Below, one piece after another: positions 1 through 6,203 of a DNA stretch of 10,516 nt. The DNA is from an uncultured Verrucomicrobiales bacterium (GTDB taxonomy: Bacteria > Verrucomicrobiota > Verrucomicrobiia > Verrucomicrobiales > DEV007). Numbering within the stretch: the first letter of the stretch is position 1; each line of letters opens with the position of its first letter. The notes beneath the pieces were generated by a model. It was not told the origin of the DNA, made no database searches, and saw only the letters and a list, made by a program, of their open reading frames with translations. The stretch spans positions 1-10,516 of the forward strand of contig CALKOM010000172.1 in the NCBI GenBank assembly GCA_938091905.1, written 5' to 3'. Position numbers and translations under genes: made by a program.

Positions 1-425
1 CTCCTTGGGAATCAGATCAATTTTTTTAGGCGTTTGGCTTGAGCCTCCGCCTTGGCGTGTTCGTTGATCTGAGTCATAATATGTATGTTGGTGCCACAAC
101 CCTACCATCTATCTTAAAAACAGCAAGGCGAAACCGTTATCAAACACACCCTAGAGCGTTGGGTTAAAGAATAGTAGATCAACTTTAATAATATCCTACA
201 GTTTACCACGTGTCGCTGATCATCAGCTCGATACCGATAGAATGGAGATGAGACCTGGATGCTGCTGAGCTGGCGTGTAGGAGATAGGCAATTCAGCAGA
301 ATGGAGAAGTGGCGACTCTCTGAATTTTCCTGTCGGCCGGACGAACATAGATCCACCATAGACGTCCACATTTTGGCTAAATTCCTTCGCTAACCTCTCA
401 CACTCACACTGATCTTATCCTTGTC

Positions 426-827
426 TCATGCTGGCTTGAGGAGTTGCAGGTTGGGAAACCATTTCCGCAAATAGCCTCGATCGGTTGCTGCTAACTGATC
501 GGCTTGGGCTTCTGCGTGGGCGGCGATGATGAAGTCGGGAACGAGGTGTTGTCTAGGGCCACCTGCTAGGCGGTAGCGCTTGAAGGTGAGCCCGGCGAGA
601 TGAGCGGCTTTTGGAGAGATGGAATCGTAGGAGATTGATAGACGGGCTAGCAGTTCGGCCAACTCCTGTTCATTGGTGGTGGAAGGCGCCAGTTCAGCGA
701 AGGCGATCGGACAGATGATCAACGGTCCTTCAGAGGCCGCCTCCATGAGCGCTTCTAGCCAAGCTTCATGGCCAGGCTCCTTTTTGATGATGGCCCATAG
801 GATTGAGGAATCGATGGCCGTGGTCAT
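426..827 (-). CDS. vapC: PIN-domain (VapC-family) ribonuclease toxin of a type II TA system
   Basis: 133 aa with the PIN acidic motifs in the expected order: AIDSSIL, CPIAFAEL, VPDFIIAAHA, ATDRG. Its ATG overlaps the antitoxin stop (ATGA, 824-827). Confidence 0.92.
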   Translation of the reverse strand: MTTAIDSSILWAIIKKEPGHEAWLEALMEAASEGPLIICPIAFAELAPSTTNEQELAELLARLSISYDSISPKAAHLAGLTFKRYRLAGGPRQHLVPDFIIAAHAEAQADQLAATDRGYLRKWFPNLQLLKPA

Positions 828-1102
828 TTCTCGGCCTTCTCTTCCACCGGTCCACCCTTGAGATCATCAACGATGCGTGCGGCCGATTGATCTTCCCAAG
901 GATGATCTTTGAGATTCTTGGAGGCCGTGTCCTGCCAGTCCTTAAGAGCGTTCGCCCACTCGTCTCGATTGACCACCCGGCGAGCTGTGAGCACCGGGGC
1001 AGACTCATCGAAGTCGAGCTGATCCCCCACTTTGAGATGGAATTTCTGCCGGAGCTTCAACGGAATCGTGATCTGGCCCTTGGCTGTGATCGTTACAGTC
1101 AT
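824..1102 (-). CDS. vapB: AbrB/MazE/SpoVT-family DNA-binding antitoxin (VapB-like)
   Basis: N-terminal swapped-hairpin signature TITAKGQITIPLKLRQKFHLKVGDQLDF; 92 aa; directly upstream of and coupled to the PIN gene. Confidence 0.92.
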   Translation of the reverse strand: MTVTITAKGQITIPLKLRQKFHLKVGDQLDFDESAPVLTARRVVNRDEWANALKDWQDTASKNLKDHPWEDQSAARIVDDLKGGPVEEKAEK

Positions 1103-1108
1103 GCATCA

Positions 1109-1137
1109 ACAGTAAGGCTAAAAAGTAAGGAATTCAA
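1109..1137 (-). promoter_or_regulatory. Putative sigma70 promoter of vapBC with direct-repeat operator
   Basis: On the minus strand: TTGAAT (1137-1132), 17-nt spacer, TACTGT (1114-1109), 6 nt, ATG (1102). The direct repeat AGTAAGG at 1111-1117 and 1124-1130 overlaps the -10 and spacer. Confidence 0.65.
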
Positions 1138-1352
1138 TATGGAATTTTCAGCAGCGCTAACTGGTTTGCTACAGAAGGAAGTGCGGTCATCGCCCGATCC
1201 AAACGCCAACCTGAGCTGGAGACTGCCTAAAAGTTGATCAAAGAAGGCTTTGGCTCTTCAGAGATCGACATAGGAAACGACTTCAGGGGCGGCAGCACAG
1301 GTTCTGGCACGGAGAGAATCGCACACTGCGTCTGAACTTTGCGCAAAGATGC

Positions 1353-1385
1353 TTGAAATGTTCAGTATGTGGATTAAATATCCAC
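1353..1385 (+). promoter_or_regulatory. Putative promoter and inverted-repeat operator of the abiE operon
   Basis: TTGAAA (1353-1358), 17 nt, AAATAT (1376-1381), 7 nt, ATG (1389). The inverted repeat GTGGAT-N5-ATCCAC (1369-1385) covers the -10. Confidence 0.5.
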
Positions 1386-1388
1386 TTA

Positions 1389-2009
1389 ATGGTGGATTCA
1401 GACCATCTTCCGAGGGATAGGCCCTTCGACTACCAGCTCGCCATGGACCGGCTGGCTGCCTATCGCTATCCACGCAACAAGCTCCATCAGCTCCGCCAAG
1501 CAGGCGAGATCATACGGGTGAAGAAGGGTCTCTACATTCCGTCAGCTCCAAGCACCGCTGCTGCTCGGGTGGACCCGTTGGTCCTAGCAGCGCTGATCTA
1601 TGGACCATCTTACGTGAGCCTTGAAACCGCGCTAGCCCATCATGGACTCATCCCAGAGCGGGTGAACGAGATCACTAGCATGACGACCAAGCGATCGCGT
1701 TCGTTTGAAACGCCTGTAGGGCGTTATTCCTATCATTCACTTAATATTCGCACCTATAGCTATGGTGTGGCTCTTGAAGAAACGACTGGTGGCAGCTATT
1801 TCCTAGCGACACCGGAGAAGGCACTCTGCGACCGGCTCGCACAGATTCCTGGCGTCCGTGCTCAAAGAGAGATACCTGCCCTGCTAGAGGATGACCTTCG
1901 GCTAGAGCTGGACGTCGTGATGCGTCTTCAGGCGAGCGAAGTCCAAGAAATCGCAAAGCGCTATCTACGAAACACGGTGACCGCCTTTGCTAAATGGTTT
2001 CAACGTTAA
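1389..2009 (+). CDS. abiEi: Type IV TA antitoxin / transcriptional regulator, AbiEi-like
   Basis: wHTH-type N-terminus ending GEIIRVKKGLY, then PSYVSLETALAHHGLIPE and ATPEKALCD motifs typical of AbiEi-type antitoxins. ATG 1389 (206 aa) is preferred over TTG 1353, which coincides with the -35 box. Confidence 0.88.
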   Translation: MVDSDHLPRDRPFDYQLAMDRLAAYRYPRNKLHQLRQAGEIIRVKKGLYIPSAPSTAAARVDPLVLAALIYGPSYVSLETALAHHGLIPERVNEITSMTTKRSRSFETPVGRYSYHSLNIRTYSYGVALEETTGGSYFLATPEKALCDRLAQIPGVRAQREIPALLEDDLRLELDVVMRLQASEVQEIAKRYLRNTVTAFAKWFQR

Positions 2010-2029
2010 GCGATCAAAGGCCTCACATC

Positions 2030-2899
2030 ATGACCCATCCGCTAGATTCTCTGTTGTCGCGTTATACGCCATCGACTCTAGCGGACTACGAGAATGCTCT
2101 CCGTGAAATCGTTCAAGAACTCGCGCTTCTCGGACTCTGGCGGTCCAAGTTCTATGAGCATGCAGCATTCTATGGGGGCACAGCGCTACGGGTCTTCTAT
2201 GCCCTGCCCAGGTTCTCGGAAGACATGGATTTCTCGCTCATCTCCCCTGACACTGAGTTCGATCTTGTCCCACATCTCGAAGCTGTGCGGACGGAACTGA
2301 TTTCGTTCGGGTTCACTTTTGAGGTCGAGCGGAAAGTGAAATCCAACCCAACGGCGATGGAATCTGCGTTCATCAAAGGGGAAACGAAAGTCAATCTCTT
2401 GCAAGTCGGAGCGCCTGACCACCTCAGAGATCGGCTACCCAAACTACAGCAGTTACGAATCAAATTGGAAGTCGACACCAACCCGCCTCCAGGTGCCGAG
2501 TTCAAGGTCGAAACCTTGCTCGTTCCGATACCATTTCAGGTCAAGCTTTACACGTTCCCATGCCTCTTCGCCGGAAAACTTCATGCTTTGTTATGCCGCA
2601 AGTGGAAACGCCGTGTGAAAGGGCGAGATTTCTACGATTTCCTTTGGTACCTTGGCAGGGAGACGCCCTGTCATCTCGCGCATCTCCAATCGCGAATGGA
2701 GCAAACCGGCCATTGGGATCCTGAGAAGACTTTGAATCTGGCAGCCTTGCAAGAACTGATCACCGCCCGCTTCGAATCCATCGACTTTGAACAGGCCAAA
2801 TCCGATGTGCGCCCTTTCATCAAGGATGCCAATGCGTTGGATCTCTGGAGCCAAGAGTTCTTTGTTTCAATGATAGATCGCCTCAGACCCTTAGACTAA
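2030..2899 (+). CDS. abiEii: Type IV TA toxin, nucleotidyltransferase AbiEii/AbiGii family
   Basis: FYGGTAL...RFSEDMDF nucleotidyltransferase motif, plus KLHAL and KGRDFYD motifs. ATG 2030 is preceded by AAAGG (2016-2020); 289 aa; 20 nt after the abiEi stop. Confidence 0.92.
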   Translation: MTHPLDSLLSRYTPSTLADYENALREIVQELALLGLWRSKFYEHAAFYGGTALRVFYALPRFSEDMDFSLISPDTEFDLVPHLEAVRTELISFGFTFEVERKVKSNPTAMESAFIKGETKVNLLQVGAPDHLRDRLPKLQQLRIKLEVDTNPPPGAEFKVETLLVPIPFQVKLYTFPCLFAGKLHALLCRKWKRRVKGRDFYDFLWYLGRETPCHLAHLQSRMEQTGHWDPEKTLNLAALQELITARFESIDFEQAKSDVRPFIKDANALDLWSQEFFVSMIDRLRPLD

Positions 2900-2908
2900 C
2901 AGAGCACA

Positions 2909-2931
2909 CGCCGACTAAAGCCAGCGCTACA
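2909..2931 (-). repeat. GTAG-type REP-like hairpin
   Basis: The minus strand reads TGTAG-CGCTGGCT-TT-AGTCGGCG: a GTAG tetranucleotide followed by an 8-bp stem with two G.T pairs. Single copy in the window. Confidence 0.35.
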
Positions 2932-3091
2932 GGCATGGAGTCCCGCCTTCGTCGCGGCATTCAAATAACGCTCTATTCTTCCCCGGCGCACGGGCGACTC
3001 TGTAGAATGCGCCTGATTCGCCGGCGTTGTGGTCGACGATTGCGGTGGTCGTCTGCGAACGGGCAGCAGCTGCGGGAATCTGCATCTCGAC

Positions 3092-3362
3092 AACCACCCA
3101 GCCCGCATCCTCGACAATCCGTTTCTCTACCACGCAGTGTTCCACCAACTCGCTGGGCGAGGCCTGCGAGTGCTCATTGATCTGCATCGACGCCGCCCCG
3201 GACTTCGCCTGGTACCAGCCCTCCGTCGCCCACATCCGCTGGGATCACCGCACCGTGCGCTGGGCCAACAATGTCGCCCGAGGTAAGGGCGACCGTCGGC
3301 AGATCTTCATCAAAGCAGACTTCATCGAGGGCGGCACGATCGGGCGGGTGCCTTCGGCGTGA
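3092..3362 (+). pseudogene. Frameshifted C-terminal remnant of a LacI/GntR-type regulator (substrate-binding-fold domain)
   Basis: Frame of 3029 gives ILDNPFLYHAVFHQLAGRGLRV. After a shift at 3173/3174 the frame of 3027 gives SLICIDAAPDFAWYQPSVAHIRWD...RWANNVARGKGDRRQIFIKADFIEGGTIG*. This matches the LacI-like 'GLRVP.DVSLI' junction with residues missing. GC-rich third codon positions; no HTH or start recognised. Confidence 0.6.
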
Positions 3363-3558
3363 CCTCCTCGGCTATACGCGAAATGCCGAAAAGTCGGATT
3401 TCTTCATGATAAAATTGAGAGGACGTCAGTTCACGCCTCTCGCAGTAGTTCGAGAAATCAGCGGCCGGGGCTCTATGATATGGAAGCTAATGTTGCCGAT
3501 CATTTTCAGGTCGCATTTCCTAACGATAGCACAATACATCCAGGGGCACTGCAACACA

Positions 3559-3837
3559 TCATCCCTCACCATGCCCACCCGACGATGAATCCGCTTTGCC
3601 CGAGAAACGCGCGTTGGGCTTGTGCACGTACTCAGTGGGCGTCCAGACGACATAGCCAACATCATGTCTCATCGCCACACTTGCGTGGATGTAGTGAGTG
3701 AGACCAGGGCTATCAGGCAGTTCAGGATTCACCCATGATATGGGATTGTCAGACTCCTGAGAACTAGCAAAGACCAAGATGAATAGACTGACCACGAGAG
3801 AACGTGCACTGACAGTCCAAAACGGCACATGCTTCAT
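3559..3837 (-). pseudogene. 3'-truncated secreted alpha/beta-hydrolase (putative esterase family) N-terminus
   Basis: Signal peptide, then WVNPELPDSPGLTHYIHASVAMRHDVGYVVWTPTEY...ARF, resembling the 'S..M...V.Y.VY.P..Y....RYPV.Y.LHG' start of esterase-family proteins. Similarity stops just before the expected PV.Y.LHG; no GxSxG motif found. Confidence 0.55.
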
Positions 3838-4015
3838 GCACGATCATTGCCTCGAACCTTCTCAATTGTCCAAAGCAATCAATGGCCGTCTGGCACCTGA
3901 CCACTTCTGGATCCGCACCGGCACGCTTTCTCGAGCCCTCGGATCGCTGTCTTTCCGTGCATCCTTTCGTCTAAGGTTCAGGACACGTAATTGAGCACAA
4001 TCAGAACGCTACCGA

Positions 4016-4104
4016 CTAGGAGTCTGTCGGACTTTACCAAGTTGCGGGTGATGCTAGAATTTAAGCTATGAGCGCCCGCTTCGTAGATGTCGACAGACTC
4101 CTAG
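4016..4104 (+). mobile_element. Miniature, internally deleted IS1182-like element (81 bp, 4020-4100) flanked by CTAG
   Basis: Perfect 14-bp inverted repeat CTAGGAGTCTGTCG (4016-4029) / CGACAGACTCCTAG (4091-4104). The interior contains a promoter and ATG-MSARFVDVDR, resembling IS1182 transposase N-termini. The reverse complement of the left end reads AGT CCG ACA GAC TCC TAG (SPTDS*), like the SPTxx* C-termini encoded in IS1182 right ends. Confidence 0.75.
4033..4060 (+). promoter_or_regulatory. Extended -10 promoter inside the mini-IS
   Basis: TTTACC (4033-4038), 16 nt, TAGAAT (4055-4060) with TG at 4052-4053 (TGcTAGAAT). ATG 4068 lies 7 nt downstream; no Shine-Dalgarno. Confidence 0.6.
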
Positions 4105-4751
4105 AGATCGAAGATCCTGAGGTTGAAGTCGAAGATCCTGAGATTGAAGTCGAAGATCCTGAGATCGAAGTCGAAGATTCTGAGATCGAAATCGAAGACC
4201 CTGAGGTCGAAGTGGAGAAGCCCGAAAAGCCAAGCAAAGACGACATTGCTGACAAAGCTAAGAAAGACATGCGTCCTGACTTTGTCGATGATCTTAAAGC
4301 GGCACGCGACAACTATAATGACGAGCGCAAAGCAATTCGCGACGCCCTGAAAACTGAATTGGCTACTCTCGGCGACGAGGCAACCAAAGAGCAAATCGAG
4401 GATGTGGTTTCTAAATTTCGCGATTCTAACGCAGAGTTGATTGCTGCTCAGAAAGCTGCTGCCGAAGAGATCAAATTGGCTGCTAAAGAGGAAGTCCGAG
4501 GCAATGCGCCTGCGCACGTTCTCGAAATACGCCAGACGCTACGCAATGCGAAGGACGAGCGTAAAGCTGCTCGCGATGCCTTCAAAGCCGCTCTTGCCGG
4601 AGCTGAAGCTGACGAAGACAAGAAGGCATTGGTGGAAGCTTTCCGCACGGACCAGCGCGACCAGCACAAGCAATTGAAAGACAAGCTCAAGAAACTCCGC
4701 GAAGAAACCCGCGACGTTGCGAACGACGGAGATCGCCGAATCGAAGAGTAA
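4068..4751 (+). CDS. Acidic-repeat plus alpha-helical/coiled-coil protein of unknown function; N-terminus IS-derived, probably 5'-truncated
   Basis: 227 aa open frame with clear coding bias and a double TAA stop. EVEDPEI-type repeats are followed by two related charged helical units (DERKAIRDALK at 4320, DERKAARDAFK at 4554). The first 12 codons lie in the mini-IS and its CTAG; no signal peptide. Confidence 0.8.
   Translation: MSARFVDVDRLLEIEDPEVEVEDPEIEVEDPEIEVEDSEIEIEDPEVEVEKPEKPSKDDIADKAKKDMRPDFVDDLKAARDNYNDERKAIRDALKTELATLGDEATKEQIEDVVSKFRDSNAELIAAQKAAAEEIKLAAKEEVRGNAPAHVLEIRQTLRNAKDERKAARDAFKAALAGAEADEDKKALVEAFRTDQRDQHKQLKDKLKKLREETRDVANDGDRRIEE
4104..4223 (+). repeat. In-frame 21-bp tandem repeat (one partial unit plus 5 units) encoding E[V/I]E[V/I]EDP
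   Basis: Units start at 4119, 4140, 4161, 4182 and 4203 (e.g. GAGATTGAAGTCGAAGATCCT); partial unit at 4104-4118. Confidence 0.95.
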
Positions 4752-4820
4752 TAAATGCTCCTCGCATAGAGCGTGGCACTCGAAGCTGAGACACGCTCTT
4801 AAGAGTAATACTAAATGTGT

Positions 4821-4853
4821 GAGCGCCCTTGCTGCCTATCAGCAAGGGCGCTC
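4821..4853 (+). terminator. Strong intergenic stem-loop (terminator or mRNA-stabilising hairpin)
   Basis: Perfect 14-bp stem GAGCGCCCTTGCTG / CAGCAAGGGCGCTC with a 5-nt loop, followed by a weak U-tract (TCTGCGTTT). A second 8-bp stem lies at 4768-4775/4792-4799. Confidence 0.7.
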
Positions 4854-4907
4854 TCTGCGTTTACAACAACCCTTTCAATGGTATTGTTTGATTGGTCCTC
4901 CCCCTTG

Positions 4908-6203
4908 ATGCGATCATTGCTTCCCATTGTCACCTTTGTTGGTTTCTCCTATTGCTCTGTCAGTGCCGAGGAGCCAAAGGAGTCGATCAATATTAACGCG
5001 CTCCTTCAGAATGATGACCTGCTTGATGCGTTGATCTCAGGGGATGAAACCCCAGAGGAAACTATTGTTGAATTGGAATCCGAATCGGAGTCCTCTCTTC
5101 GCCAGAAAACGGGCGCTTCATCAATTAACCCCAATGCAGGTGAACCATCTGCAGAGGAGGTTGCTGACATCTCAGGAGTAGATTCTCCGTGGGATTTCGG
5201 AGCTGCAGTTTCGATGGGTATTGGCTACAAAGAGAATGTTCTTTTTAGCGCTTTTGATGCGCAAGATAGCACTTTCACCGCGACGGAGGTTGAGGCCACC
5301 CTCTTTCGAATTGCGTCTCCGAATGAATGGCAATTCTTTGGTTATTTCCTCGGAGAGAACGCTCATTACTTTGACGTCGATGGATTAGATAATGAGTGGT
5401 TGGCCATTGGTCTACTTCAGGCCCATAAAACCTTTGGCGATTGGAAACTAGGACTGGCGGGTCAATACACCTTTCTTGAGCAGGCTTTCAGTCTCTCCTT
5501 TGAAGATTTAGATCTCGAATCGACCAAGATAGTTCTCAATCAATTTAGTCTCAAGCCGGCTCTGGAATACCAATTTCTGAAACATGCTTATGTGAAGCTA
5601 GAACTACCTCTCGAAACGAATCTATTCGAAGACGACCTCCAGAACTACAACGAATATGGAGTTCATGTTGCGCTCGGTCATAAGTTTAAACGGGGCGGCA
5701 AAGTGGAAGCTGGGTATCGTTTCGAGCTTCGAGATTATGACGAACGTACACTCCGGGATGAGGAGGGCACAACACGGCCCGGCACTTCATTGGAATGGAA
5801 GGATCACCGCTGGAGCCTTGCTCTTGACTGTTACCTGACTGCCGAGAAGACCTGGAGGAGCAAGACTTTGCTAAGGCTTCGTCGCGTCATGGATAATGGT
5901 GCCGGTTACGACAACTTCTGGATGTATCGGGCCCAGCAGAAGTTTATTTACGCTCGCCCCACTTGGGAAATCTCCGCTTCCGCTTCTTATTCCCACTATG
6001 ACTACGATACGCAAACGGTCGACTCAGGTAACTCGAACCATCGGCATCGCTCCCGCCTGAGCCTTGGGTGTGAACTGGAGAAGACGTTCAAGGAAGACTG
6101 GACTGCCACGCTTTCCTACCAGTTTGAAGACTATCTTTCTAACATCCCAGACGATGTCTATAGTGGCAGTGTGATTTCGTTGGGCCTCGGCTATTCTTTC
6201 TGA
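4908..6203 (+). CDS. Outer-membrane beta-barrel protein (~16 strands; DUF560/Slam-like or BBP2-like)
   Basis: Signal peptide MRSLLPIVTFVGFSYCSVSA, acidic low-complexity linker, amphipathic strands starting WDFGAAVSMGIGYKENV, and a C-terminal BAM beta-signal ...SNIPDDVYSGSVISLGLGYSF. ATG 4908 (431 aa) is preferred because 4815 lies before the hairpin. Confidence 0.85.
   Translation: MRSLLPIVTFVGFSYCSVSAEEPKESININALLQNDDLLDALISGDETPEETIVELESESESSLRQKTGASSINPNAGEPSAEEVADISGVDSPWDFGAAVSMGIGYKENVLFSAFDAQDSTFTATEVEATLFRIASPNEWQFFGYFLGENAHYFDVDGLDNEWLAIGLLQAHKTFGDWKLGLAGQYTFLEQAFSLSFEDLDLESTKIVLNQFSLKPALEYQFLKHAYVKLELPLETNLFEDDLQNYNEYGVHVALGHKFKRGGKVEAGYRFELRDYDERTLRDEEGTTRPGTSLEWKDHRWSLALDCYLTAEKTWRSKTLLRLRRVMDNGAGYDNFWMYRAQQKFIYARPTWEISASASYSHYDYDTQTVDSGNSNHRHRSRLSLGCELEKTFKEDWTATLSYQFEDYLSNIPDDVYSGSVISLGLGYSF

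Noticed and set aside
12..77. 21-aa minus-strand ORF MTQINEHAKAEAQAKRLKKLI with an A7 run that could be a frameshift site
   Set aside because: Too short, no recognisable motif, and at the window edge; cannot be supported.
114..371. 85-aa minus-strand ORF downstream of vapC
   Set aside because: No family motif, no RBS and atypical composition; likely spurious.
803..1237. 144-aa plus-strand ORF overlapping vapB
   Set aside because: Antisense shadow of a well-supported gene with no recognisable motifs.
2927..3235. 102-aa minus-strand ORF containing FYRV, superficially like a C-terminal tail motif
   Set aside because: The plus strand explains this region better as a regulator remnant, and the motif is not terminal.
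3380..3402. Imperfect hairpin GAAATGCCGA-AAAG-TCGGATTTC after the regulator remnant
   Set aside because: Weak bulged stem with no proper U-tract; could be chance.
4104..4223. Possible CRISPR array
   Set aside because: The units are contiguous 21-mers without unique spacers, vary mostly in a codon-compatible way inside a CDS, and there are no cas genes.
4815..4907. N-terminal extension of the barrel ORF given in the track
   Set aside because: It runs through the 14-bp hairpin and displaces the signal peptide that begins at ATG 4908.
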